Shown piece by piece: positions 30,001 to 48,442 of a DNA stretch of 64,000 nucleotides. Below the pieces are notes generated by a model that saw only the letters and a program-made list of their open reading frames with translations, had not been told where the DNA came from and searched no databases. The stretch covers positions 1 through 64,000 of the forward strand of contig CALSCP010001214.1 in NCBI GenBank assembly GCA_943704425.1, given 5' to 3'. Position 1 is the first letter of the stretch. The number at the start of each line of letters is the position of its first letter. A program made the translations under genes and the position numbers. This DNA is from Ministeria vibrans ATCC 50519. Taxonomy: Eukaryota; Protista; Filasterea.

Positions 30001-33000
30001 ACATGTGCACTCGTAGTAATTCACTTGAACTCCGCCGTCACTGGGCAAGAGCGCCATCTCGTCAATGAACCAACCGGCATAGCTTGTGCCCTGGTCGTTG
30101 GCGAACGAAAATCGCAGGAGGAATGGCTGGTTGACGAGGGAGTTGCTAAAGGCCAGACGCACCGTGACGAATTGGATAGCGAAATTGACGTTGTCGACAC
30201 CGATTTGACCAGACCAAGTCGAGCGTGGAAGGTTGGGCATAGGAACCGTCGTGGCTGATGACTGGTGGTTATACGTACCCGCTTCGAAGGTCGCCTTGGT
30301 GGTGATGTCGGCCCAGGTTCCGCCATTATCGAGTGAGATGTCAAGAACACCCAAGCCGAAACCAGACTCGGATCTGAGGAGGTGCTTGAAAGCGAACTTG
30401 GCGCCGGCAGAGAAAAGAGTGATGGGGCCAATGGTAACGTCCGATCGTGCAATAATATCCGTCTCGTCCACGTGCAGGGCCTTAACACCGTCACTGGCCA
30501 AGGGATTTCCGTTCTGGCCGTTCACGGTCGACTGCGTGAATCCCGTCCCGGAGCCGACAGGAGTTGACGTGGTGAATCCAGAAGGCAAAGAGCCGCCCTC
30601 AAAGCTGGTGGGCAGACCCGCGAAGCTCCAGAGGGCACCCTCACCACAGGTGGCTCCGTTGCTGCAGGGGCTTGAGGCACACTCGTCAATGTCCGACTCG
30701 CAGTGCGTGCCGGTGTAACCAGTCACACAGGTGCAACTGTAGCCGTCAACACCATCGCTGCACGAAGCGCCGTTTTGGCATGGACAGGAATTGCACTCAT
30801 TGATGTTTTGTTCACAGTGAGTACCGGTGAAGCCGCTGTGGCACGAGCAACTGTAGCTGTTGACACCGTCGAAACACGTGCCAGCGTTGGTACAGGGGCT
30901 CGAGACGCACTCGTCAATGTTGGTCTCACAATGAGTTCCGGTGTAGCCAAGAACACACATACATGTGTAGCTGTTGATCATGTCGTTGCAGGTACCGCCA
31001 TTCTCGCACGGATCGGACACACATTCGTCGATGTTTGTCTCGCACTGGGTGCCGGTGTAACCCGCCACACACATGCAGCTGTAGCCGTCGACGTTGTCGG
31101 TACATGTGGCGCCGTTCTCACACGGAGTGGACACACACTCGTTGATCTCCGTCTCGCAATGAGTACCAGTGAAGCCGCTGTGACACGAGCAACTGTAGCC
31201 ATCGACNNNNNNNNGTCGGTACATGTGGCGCCGTTCTCACACGGAGTGGACACACACTCGTTGATCTCCGTCTCGCAATGAGTACCGGTGAAGCCGCTGT
31301 GGCACGAGCAAATGTAGCCATCGACTGAGTCAAGACATGAAGCAGCGTTGGTACAGGGGCTCGAGGCGCACTCGTCGATCTCCGACTCGCAATGAGTTCC
31401 GGTGTAGCCAAGAACACAGGTACATGAGTAGCCGTCGACCATGTCGTTGCAGGTACCGCCATTCTCGCACGGATCGGACACACATTCGTCGATGTTTGTC
31501 TCGCACTGGGTGCCGGTGTATCCGGCACCGCAAATGCAAGAGAACGCGTCGATGGTGGATGTAGTGCATGTCCCGCCATTTTCGCACGGACTTGAAGCAC
31601 ACTCGTCAATGTCTTGTTCACACTTGGTACCAGTGAAGCCTGCCTGGCAGGCGCACGTGAAGAATCCCGCTCCTTGATCGTCGCTGCAAGTACCTGCGTT
31701 GGTACACGGACTCGATTCGCACTCCTGAATGTCAGTCTCGCAAATATCGCCCGTGTATCCTGCGGCGCACAAGCACGCAAAGTTGTCGGGGGAGTTGCCC
31801 TGACTGCATGTACCACCATTTTCGCATGGCAGAGAGGCGCACTCGTTAATGTCACTCTCGCATTGTTCACCAGTGAAACCATCCTCACACGTACAGAAGT
31901 AAACGTTGGCCATGCTATCTTGGTCGCAGACACCTCCGTTCGCGCAAGGAGACGAGTCGCATTCGTTAATGTCCGACTCACACATGGTTCCGGTGAAACC
32001 TGTCACGCAAGTGCACTCAAACAAATCGGCAGAGGTTCCCTGCGAGCAAGAACCACCGTTGGAACACGGCTGCGATTCGCACTCGTTGATGTCCGTCTCG
32101 CACTGGGTGCCGGTAAAACCATCGCCACAAGTGCACTCAAACAGATTGGCGGTGCTGCCCTCGGTGCAGGTGCCGCCATTCTCGCACGGACTCGAGTCAC
32201 ACTCATCAATCTCGACCTCACATTTTGTTCCCGTCCAGCCGACGGCGCAGGTGCAGATAAACAAGTTTGCTGTGTTGCCTTCAGAACAGGAGCCACCGTT
32301 CGCGCACGGGGTAGAGGCGCACTCGTCGATATCTGTCTCGCAGTTGGTGCCCGTGTAGCCATTGGCGCACAGACAGGCATACATGTCGGGCGTCTGGCTG
32401 TTGGCGCAGGTGGCGCCATTCTCGCACGGGGTTGAGTCACACTCGTTGATGTCGGTGTCGCAGGTGGTGCCGGTCCAGCCCGCAGGACAGACACAGCCGA
32501 AGGAGTTGATGTTGTCGGTGGTGCAGGTAGCGCCGTTCTCGCAAGGGGTCGAGGCACACTCGTCGATGTCGCTCTCGCAGGTGGTGCCGGTGTAGCCGGG
32601 AGCACACTGGCAGCTGAACGAGTTGGGGCTAGGAGTGGTGCAGGTAGCGCCGTTCTCGCAAGGGCTTGAGTCACACTCGTTGATGTCGGTCGAGCAGTCC
32701 GTTCCTGTCATGCCAGCGGGACAGTCGCACTTGTAGAGGGACACGCCTCGTCCGAACAGGTTGGGGCCGAAGCGGAAGTAAGGAGAGTTCGAGATAGGTG
32801 TACACACTGAAAACCCCGGAGCTGCCTGGTACGTGGTGTCGTGAGGGCAGTTGAACACAACCTGCTGGTTTTGATTGTTTTGAAGGTTGTTGCACAGACA
32901 GGAGGTGAGGACGTTGATCGAGTTGGCAAACGTAGCGGTTCCAGCCTGGCTACTGCCGGTTTGACCAGACACGTAGCCGTCGGTGGCCGATGAATCGTAT

Positions 33001-34310
33001 GATGCCATCAGGGTGTACGTTGTGCCGGCGCTGAGGGTAAGCGCCTGGCTGTACGCAACGTAGCGGAAATTGCCACGGTCGGTGACGCCAGTTCCAACGG
33101 CGACGGGCACAGTGAGTACACCATTGTTACCACCGACACCAATAGGAGTGCTGCCGGAGCCCTCAAACAGGGCGATCTTGTGCGCGTTTTGCAGTGACCC
33201 GGAGACCATGTAGAAACCGAGCTCTTCGACGATGAAGTCGACGGCAGGCGTAAACTGGAAACCAAGAGTACGGAATCCACCTGTGCCTGTGTTTTTGTGG
33301 GTTGATGGCGCATTAACAATGGTGAAAAACTCTTCACGTGCATCACTGCATGTGGCCGCGCTGTCGCATGGAGAAGTGTTGCAGGGATTGTCGAATGCTT
33401 GAACCGACGACGCAGCTGCAAGTACAGCAACGGCTACGAAAAGTCTCTACAAAAAAAGAAACGAAAGAAAAAAATGAGAAAATCACAAGACGTATTTTAA
33501 GAATAATATGAAATTAAGTAGATAAAAGACACGATAAACGACACTACGGGCACTGCGAACTGAACAACACACGGAACAGACAAACGATAGTTTTTTTTGT
33601 AAAAACATCCAACAAAAAAAACAAATAGACGTGTGAGGGCTTGAATGCGATGTCTGAAGGAAAACGGCTGTGTGTTGTGTCCTTCAAGCAGTCTTCCTCC
33701 TTTTACCGCCTTCTCGACTGTGCCCGAAACGCTCTGACAAACCCCATGTTGAAAATTTTTTCTAACTTGGACACATCGACGTTTTTGCAAAGGAAGCAGG
33801 GTAGCGCGTGATTGAGATAAGACAAAGTGACGCATGCCACGTGTGGATTTATGACCACTGCTGCCTGGAGACGCAGTGCGTGCGGTAACAAATGAGCTGT
33901 TCCACGTTCAAAAAAAAACGGTAAGAAAAAAAAAACCGTCTTCCCCATCTAAAACGAGCGAGGTGACAAATTGAACGGGTTTCGACGCCCGACGAAAGAA
34001 TGTCAAGAAAACCAACGGATTGTCATATGAGACGCAACAAGGGAGAGGCGATGAAAAACCAGAAAAGCCAAGTTTTGATAAAGGATAGTCGCGCGCTCTG
34101 TAAGAACACGCATCTTGATGGAAAAAGTGCAGAGGACACCAAATGCGAGCAATCCTTGTGCTCAGGGGTCTGACAGGGCTGCCAAACGGTGTAGGCAAAG
34201 AGCCTCTGTGGTCCTTTTGAGTAATATCCAATGCAGAATGATATGATGAAAAAAAAAAAAAAAAAAAAAAAAAAAGAAAGGACGTAAGCCGTTAGCCTTA
34301 CCGAAACCAT
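24094..34310 (-). CDS. Giant (~3,100 aa) secreted EGF-repeat protein with four domain-split EGF modules and three C-terminal LamG/ConA-like domains (gene A)
   Basis: Exon 1 ATG GTT TCG|GTAAG (34310-34302) splices in frame to 33446, giving signal peptide [20 protein letters not shown]. One ~9.35-kb exon follows; ORFs 30978-33209 and 24094-31224 join across an 8-N gap. Dozens of D-I-D/N-E-C calcium-binding EGF repeats; LamG-like motifs (MYAWVKP...WYHVSASV...VVVNG...LGGR). No transmembrane segment seen before the stop. Confidence 0.88.
27170..28560. repeat. Near-identical 120-bp coding tandem repeats (EGF units) with a higher-order block duplication (27171-27520 ~ 28011-28360)
   Basis: Lines 27721/27841/27961 are almost identical; lines 27241-27520 match 28081-28360. 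Confidence 0.95.
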
Positions 34311-34789
34311 TCTGCTCTGCAAATACAAGTCCTGAAGCAACGAGAACACGTAGACCAAGGAGGTGTAAAAGCTTACAAAAGAAAAAAAAAGTAAATTGCA
34401 GAGGATTTGCGATCAAGCTGAACCAGCGTTGCCCCCACATTTTTCCCTTCTATTTTCGTTTCGGAGTTTTTTCAGCGGGTCTCATGTCACACGTCGAACG
34501 GCACGTACGATAAATTCTGGCTGATAGGTGATATGAGTGATGTAGAGTGAGGTCCTTGAGGCGCAGCAAGTGATAGGCACAGTCAGACGAGAGTGGAAGA
34601 TTATTCACACCATCACCATCAGATACATCAGTTGTTCTCAGACGAAAAAACACACACCACTCTCACTTTAATAATGAAATTCCACTCTTTCTCTCATTCT
34701 CACAGCCTCCTCGTTGATAGGAGCCCTGAATGTTTGTTTTTTCTTGATTGTTCTCTCTCTCTCTCTCTATCTCTGTCACTTCTCTGCTG

Positions 34790-40195
<5,406 letters not shown>

Positions 40196-41192
40196 CTAAT
40201 GAAAAGGTAAAGTAAAAGAATTTTTTTTTTAAAAATGAACATCAGAAGTAATGTGACGAAATGAAGGAGAGTGTCATTTGGGGCATGTGCAGGGCTTTAG
40301 CTGGCTTGATGCGCAACTATGACTTTTATGAGAGTCTCAATAAGAGCATGCGAGAGGGCACAGCCGCGAAGGAGGTCTTGGGAGCCAAAGTATTTGAACA
40401 TTCCGGAGACACAAATTTTTTTTTTGTGTCAAAAGAGAAATTCAATAAGATAAGCACAGCGAGAAGTCATACGTCTCGGAAAAGAGTGGATGGCGCGGCA
40501 AACTAGTCACNNNNNNNNNNNNNNNNNNNNNNNNNNNNNNNNNNNNNNNNNNNNNNNNNNNNNNNNNNNNNNNNNNNNNNNNNNNNNNNNNNNNNNNNNN
40601 NNNNNNNNNNNNNNNNNNNNNNNNNNNNNNNNNNNNNNNNNNNNNNNNNNNNNNNNNNNNNNNNNNNNNNNNNNNNNNNNNNNNNNNNNNNNNNNNNNNN
40701 NNNNNNNNNNNNNNNNNNNNNNNNNNNNNNNNNNNNNNNNNNNATATAGTGCCCACTGGTGACTGGGCACTGGCACCCAGTAGGCAATCGACACAGATCA
40801 GAAGACACTCAGAAGATGCTACGCTACCATTTTACGCAACGGGGCCATCGGGCTGTGATCGGGGTTTTGGCTTTTCTGTTCAGTTAATCAGTTTTTTTTT
40901 TTCCCTCTCTCGCTTCTTCCCCATCCTCCCGCGATCTGCCACTTGTAGTTTTGCCAAATTCCCGAATTAAGCAATGGCGAACTCGAGTAACGACGCTTCT
41001 TTGCCCGAAGGTACGAAATGATTCGATCGCCGAAAAGTGGTTTTTTTTTACCGCATCAGCAGAGTCACGCTCGCGCACATGCACCCCTTCCCATCATGCT
41101 TTGCCACGCTTGCCCCAATGGCACCTGATTGCTGTGCGAAATCATTCCGCGTGACTTTGACGCCATTTTGTCGCTGATAAAAAAAAAAGCGA

Positions 41193-41365
41193 ATGACGAC
41201 GTCACCAAATCCGATCGAGCCGAAGATCGAACGGCTCCTGCGCCAGTACCGCTGGAACGGGGTGCACACACCGATCGCCAAGAACCGGGTGCACCGTATG
41301 GCACTGGTCCATAAGGACCCGCCGGTGTGTAATTGCGAACGCGATCGATAGTTTCAATAACGACG

Positions 41366-41399
<34 letters not shown>

Positions 41400-41706
41400 C
41401 GAGACCCAAAAAGTGTCGCAAGACAATACGTTATTCTGCGACGCTCGCACGCTGGCAGCGACACCCATCGATGGGGGTCGTGACAAATTCTGACTTTGGT
41501 CTTCGCCCCGTAGACTACGGCGAGTTCTTCAACTGTCGTGCGTTTGGTTCGGTTATGCTTCCATCGCGCAATGCCGGAATTGAAAGTGCCGTTCGTGCCA
41601 TGTACCTTGTCCGTGGCCGCGACCCCACCACCGGATTGAAGTCGAAAGCGATCAAGAAACCGTACGAATGCAGAGTGTCTTTGTGTGTGTATGTGTGTTT
41701 GTATAA

Positions 41707-41738
<32 letters not shown>

Positions 41739-44700
41739 TATAATGTATATATGTGTGTGTGTGTGACTGCTTTTTTCAATCTGGGTGTACCCAGCGGCGC
41801 TTATCACACCCATTGAACTTCTTTGTCTTCCCAGGTACCGCTCTCCACTGCGAATGGTGCTCTCTCTGGATTTCAACGGTATTGTTATGCTCGACGCCAA
41901 GGGCGAGACCATTCTTGCGCGTTACCGCTACCACTCCGTGTACCTGTGTACACAGTTGCCCGAGGATCCCGCCTTCGCAAAAAAAACACGTTGCTCCATT
42001 GCCTTCGTGACCAACCACGACACTCAGCCCGATGCGTACATTTGCCACGTGTTTCACACACCCGTGCCCCTTCAGTTCATCGAAGCTTTCGATCTGTTCA
42101 CGCGCGGTATTTACGTGCCCTTCCCACAACGCCGCTTCCGCGGCTGCAACCATCCGATGATCCGGCCACGCGAGGCGACCACCGAATCGCGCGCGATTCC
42201 TGCCGTTGCATCTTCTGCTGGTGTTCTCGACCCACCTTTTGTGCCGGAGCAACACATGTGGATCGAAGAGGACGAATTCGATCAGGTTGCCATGCAGCAC
42301 CTGACGCAACCGCACACGGCTCGCTCGCTAGGTCACATCGACGCGGAGGCCATGAGCGACGAGTTCCATGATCAAATGGTGCCCGACATGGTATCTGTCG
42401 CGCCTCCCGCGACCGGCTCGCAGCTGCGTAGTGTGTCCACAGCCAGCATGCCGCCTGCTCTCTCGCTGCTCGCTGTCGACACGTCCGCGCTGTGGGAGTC
42501 CATGAAAACCATGTATGTCACGTCGACGGCGACCATTGCACTCACACTACCCAGCGCCGACAATGGCGAGCCCGTATTGACTGTGCACGAGCCCGATGGC
42601 ACGCGCAACGATTCACTCGCGACGGTCACGCACCTGCAAGACGACAACTGGTCGCTCGACTTTACTCCCGAAAAGATCGGCGATCACATCGTCTGCCTCA
42701 AGCTGCAGGATGTCAATGTCTATGGCACACCCATCACAGTGCACGTCTTGCCGCTGCCCGCCGGCGACGGCCCCATTGACGTGACCGCCTCGGGCGCAGG
42801 TCTGTATCAGGCCAAGCTGAACGAGCAGGCGGTGTTCCGTGTCCAGGCGCCGGCCATGAACCCCGACGAAGATTTTATCGAGGCGCGCATTACGAGTCCC
42901 TCGGGTGCCGAGGTCATGGCTCACGAACTCACGGTGGGCAAGGGCATCTTTGAGGTCGTATACACACCTGATGAGACGGGCATTCACACCATTGACATTC
43001 TGTTCAACGACGAAATCTGCTGCCTCAGTCCCTACAAGGTACCGGTGACCACCGACCTTGACCCGAGCGACGACGCCTCCCGCATGCGCGCCATCGGGCC
43101 GGGTCTCGTCAGTGGTTGCATTGGCATGCCGGCCACCTTTGACGTGCTTCAAGAGGAGCCGCATCACGGCACTCCTGTCGTTTCCGTGTCTGACCCACGC
43201 GGTTCACATGTGCCCTGCACCGTTGTGCCCGACGCACAAAAATCTGGCGTGTTCCACTGTGAGTACATGCCAACGACGCTCGGCTCGCACAACATTGGCA
43301 TTGGCATTGGCTCGTCGCCCGTGCCCGATTCTCCCTTTCACCCGTTCATCACCGCGCCCGCCATGAGCCCTGCGCCCACCGGCGAGTTTGCACAGGCACC
43401 CTCCGGTGCGCGGGTGGGTATGCCTATTCGTGGCCTCATGTGGCTGCGTTATGTCGAGCCCAAACAAGAAGTGAAGGTGCGCGTTACGTATCCGGACGGG
43501 CACACTGAGCTGCTTCCTGCCGTGCACATCGAGGAAGAAGACGACGATCCACGCGAGCGTCAGTGGAAGTTGCGCGACGACTTCTTGCCTACCGACCCAG
43601 GCACGTATGTCCTTTCGGCGTTTGTCGACGGTGAGCAGGTAGGCGACGACCATCCTATTGTGATCGGTGCGCCCGGCGAAGATGGCTGTCAGCTCATTGG
43701 GCTGAGTCCCTTCGGCAAGGTTAACGACGAGCAAGTGTGCTATCTGCAATTACTGGGCACAACCTGTGACGACAGCACGACCGATCCTGATTTTGTTGTC
43801 AACGTGCGTGTCGACGACCCCCTCTCGTTGAAGGAACTTGCCTCGCTCACCAAGACTGGCACGGGCGAGTACCTTTGCTCGTTCACACCGTACTCACCTG
43901 GCCCTCACACACTCGTGCCCATGCTCAAGGATAACAAGGAGCCAAAGTGTCCCGGCGCACCCTACACCCTCATGGCCGAGCTCAAGCGTGTCAACTACCA
44001 CCTCGACATGGGTCCGTGGTTCGACCTGAGCGTTGGTCAGACGGGTCGTGCACCCATCTGGATCGACGAAGCGTGTCTTCCCGACGTCACCGAGCACCAC
44101 GAGCCGGCGGGCATCATCACCGCACCCGATGGCTCTACTTATCCCCTCGTCATTGCACGACTGCCCGTCAAGGCTGGTTCGTTCACCGGGGGCTTCACAC
44201 CGCGCGTGCCGGGTCTTCACTACATTACGTTGCGTACCGAGACCAACGTGCCCATCGGTGAGCCGCTGCCCTTCGAAGTGACCGGTCTGCCGGAACCCGC
44301 CTGCGAAGCTACTGGCGCCGGACTGAAGAGTGCCGCCGTAGGCGAACGCGCTCCCTTCACGTTGCAACAAACTCAAGGCGATGACCTCGCCGCCGGACAG
44401 CAGCCTATTCTGATTGCGCAAGATCCCGCGGGCAACAACCTGCCGCTCGAGGTAGTGCCCGATGGAACGCGCGCTTGGAACGTAGTCTATACGCCTCGGG
44501 TGATGGGTGATCATACCATTGTAGCTCAGCTCGACACGGGCTGTGTCGCCCCCGGATCACCCTTTACTGTCCCAGTCGGGCCCGAGCCTGTGCGCTTTCG
44601 TGCGCTGGGTGACGGTCTCATTGGTGCCACACTTGATCTCATGGCCGCCTTCCGCCTGCTTCCGCTCTTCTCCATGTCCGGTAATGCCGACGAGATGCCC

Positions 44701-47657
44701 GAGGTGACCGCCGTCGACGGGGCTGGCGATCCCCTTGATGTGACCGTGCGCAAACTATCGACAGCCGACGGCTGGGAGTGTACCTACACGCCGCGTGTGC
44801 CGGGTGACATTGAACTGATGATCACTGTGCCCAGTGCGGCGAGTGGTATGCCGCAAGTGCCACTCCAGGATACGCCCTACATTGTGCCCGTTGCCGAGGG
44901 ACCGCCGCGCTTCAAGGCGATGGGCGACGGTCTTGTCAGCGCTGTTGCCGACCTGGTCGCTGCCTTCCGTGTGCTACCACTGGTCAATTTGGACAGCGAC
45001 AACGACGCACTGCCCGTGGTGAGCGCGCTCGGACCGGGTGGCGAAGATGTGCCGGTGACTGTAACCAAGGTTGCGGACGATCCCAACGAGGGATGGAACT
45101 GCACCTACACACCCACGCAGCCAGGCGACATTGCCATCAGCGTCAGCGTGCCCGGTGTGCACAAGAAGGATCCCTTTACACCGCTGCGCAAGACGCCCTA
45201 CATCGTTCCTGTTGCCGACGCCCCCATGCCATACACAGCCACGGGTGAGGGTCTCGTTCGTGCCGAGGTGGGCCAGCCACGCGAATTTGCCATTATCCCG
45301 GTGAACGGATTGCGCAGCAAAGAAAAGCCGCAAGTGAGCATTGTCGCCCCCGATGGGACGTTGGTTCCAGTCACTGTCAAGCCGGCGGCGAACCCCGACG
45401 ATGGCTGGGTGGCCGAGTACAAGCCCAAGACGCCCGGTGACCTCACGATCACGGTGACGGTGCCGACGAAGGGACAATCTCAGCGCCCGATTCGCGACGA
45501 GCCTTGGGTGGTACCCGTCTCGCCTTCCAAGGGACGTCTTGTGGCCGAAGGAGACGGTCTCCATAAGGCCAAGTTGGCCGAACTCGCGACATTTATGGTA
45601 CGTCAGCGTGACCCTGAAGCCCCACGCGTGCGCGGTCTGCCAACGGTCAAGATCACGGACAGGGACTCGGGCGAGCCCGTCGACGTGTTTGTCAGTCCGG
45701 TCGGTCCGGGTCAGTTCAAGTGCACGTACACACCGCTCGCGCCTGGCACCCTCAACATTGAAGTGTTTGAACCGCCAGCGCCGGCTGCGTCCGCTTCGGC
45801 GCCACTCGCACCTGTCAGCGACAGTCCCTACGAGGTGCCTGTGCTGGGCGAGCCCGTGACTGTCACCGCGGCAGGACCGGGTCTGTCGCACGGCGATGTG
45901 GACGAGCCGGCCGAGTTTACCATTCGCCTGGCGTCCGGACCCGATCTGGGTCCCGAAAGACCACCGCGTGTCACCGTGAATAATCCCCTGGGCGAACCTA
46001 TTCCCGCACAAGTGCGGCCTACCAAGGAGCCCGGTGTGTTCACGGCCAAGTACACGCCACGCGAGCCTGGCGACTTTCTCATCACGGTGGGTGCTCCGCC
46101 GTTTGGCCGGCCGCTCGCAGTGGGCAGTCCATTCACTGCGGCCGTCACAATAGTGCCGACGACATACGAGGCCAAGGGACCCGGTCTGACGACGGCGGCA
46201 TTGAACGAGCCCGCAACTTTTACTCTTGTTCAGACCAGTGGCAATCCCGTGTTACAACCCGTTATCATGATCACCGATCCCAACGGTGAGCCCGTGCCTC
46301 TTGTCGTTTCACCAGGCGGCCCCAATGCCTGGACGGTCGTTTATGAGCCTAAGGTGCCTGGCGAGTACACTGTCGACATCAAGTCGCCTGTCGCGAAGCT
46401 GCCCGTGTCGCAGAGTCCCTACAAGGTGGCATGCGCCGATGGTGATCCGCCTCCGATGCGCGCCGGCCGTTGTGCCGTGTCACCCGAGCCGCGTGGCACT
46501 CACGATGCCAACACCCCCATGGAATTTGTGGTGGACCAGGCAGAGCCTCATGTGGGAGAGCTGACTGTCGATGTGGAGGGTCCGCCCGAGGAGAAGGCGG
46601 TCGCGACGGTGCAGCAAAAGCGTTCGGGCCAGTGGAACTGTCACTTTTTGCCGACTGTGCCGGGCGACTACCGAGTCAACGTGCGTCTGGATGGCCACCA
46701 CGTTCCACGTTCGCCGTTCCCCTTCCACGTCGGTGTGCCCGACACCAACGAGCTTCAGGCCGCACGCGCACGTCTGCGCAAGGTTCCTGCGTCGTCGGCC
46801 GAGAACCCGTTGCCGCTTGGTGCTCCCTGGCTGCTGGAGATTTCGCAGCGAGTGCCCAAGGCGGGCGACCTGACCGTCGACGTGTTTGGGCCCGACAAGA
46901 GCAGCGAGCCTGTGGTGGAGCCGGGTCCAGCCGACGAGGATGGCTCTGCGACGTGGACGTGCGACTACACGCCGCGCGAGCCGGGCACGTACCACGTGCA
47001 CGTGAAGATCAACAACGTCCATGTGCCCCAGTCGCCTTTCATCTTCTACGTCGCGGAGGGCAAGCGTGGTCCCGTGCGTGCCGAGGGTGAAGGCCTTCAG
47101 ACGGCACACCTCAACAAGCCCGCCATGTTCCACTGTCGCCAGGAGCCTGCCTTTGGTGGCGATGTCGCCGCGACTGTCACCGATCCCGAAGGGAACCCTA
47201 TTGATTGCCAAGTATGACTGTGTTTCTTTTTTATGTGTCTGTATCTGCATGTGACTGAGAATTGATTTTTTTTTTTGTTTTCTTTATAGGTTGTTCCTCA
47301 AGCGGACGGCGAATGGGTGTGTGCGTACCAGCCCAAGGTACCCGGCAAGCACATTATTGAGGTCACGCATGAAGGCACACCCATTAAGAGCAGCCCATGG
47401 CGAGTTGTTGTGCCCGCTCCACCAAAGTACGATGCATTGCATGTGTGCCGACTCTTTTTACTCACTGTCCTTTTGTGGTTTGTTGTGTAGGCCTGGAAAG
47501 GTGACTGGTGCAGGTCCTGGTCTGCAATCGGGCTCTGTGGGCGAACAGGCGACTTTCAATGTGTTCCAGAGTGCCCCGCACGATCAGAGCGAAGTCACCG
47601 TGGCCATTTTCGATCCAAAGGAAGAGCCTGTTCCGGTAAGTACATGGAGAAAGAGCC

Positions 47658-47756
<99 letters not shown>

Positions 47757-48408
47757 CCTAAAACAGCAATGTGTACAGTTTGAGATGACACCGAGTGGAG
47801 CGCGACGATGGAAGGTGGACTACACACCGACTGTGGCTGGAACACACCGTGTGGAAGTGCGTCAGAACAAGGAACATGGCAACAAGAGCCCATGGAAGGT
47901 ACAAAGAACATGCAGGTGTATGTGTGACAGGGATAATGTGATACTGATGCTGTATGTGCCTTTTGTGTAGCCGGTGATTGGAGCGCCTGCTGCGGGCTTC
48001 AAGGGTGGTTTGTTGCCACCTAAGACAACGGGACTGCGCGGAGTGGTCCTCAACGAAGTGGAAACCAACAAGTACCAGGACAAGGTACAAAACTAAACAG
48101 TGTCACATGAGAGAAAGCGATGGAGTGTTGAAAATATTATGTCTCTCTATCACTTTTTCTTTCCTCCTTTCTCTTCTCTATCACTTTGTTTCTCTCGCTC
48201 ACTCTTTTTATCACTTTGTAACTTTCTCTTCTCTCTCTCTCTCTCTCTTTTTTTTTCTCTCTCTCTGTATGTAATGTGTAGGTTGCACTTCCTGACTGGG
48301 CGTTACAGCGCCGCAAGAAGCACGTTGAGTTGCAGGATGAGGTGGACACCAAGATTGTCGAGCAGGAGCAAGGCTCGTCCATCGACTTGCTCTCGCCCAC
48401 CACAGGTG

Positions 48409-48442
<34 letters not shown>

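Noticed and set aside
31207-31214. Apparent frameshift between ORFs 30978-33209 and 24094-31224 (programmed frameshift or two genes)
   Set aside because: It falls exactly on an 8-N gap; the paralogous repeat at ~31087-31103 shows the intact in-frame sequence
26524-33347. EGF inserts as inteins or unspliced introns
   Set aside because: No intein termini (C/S start, HN end) or Hint motifs. The inserts are stop-free, in frame, have coding-like composition and lack the AT-rich or microsatellite character of introns here.
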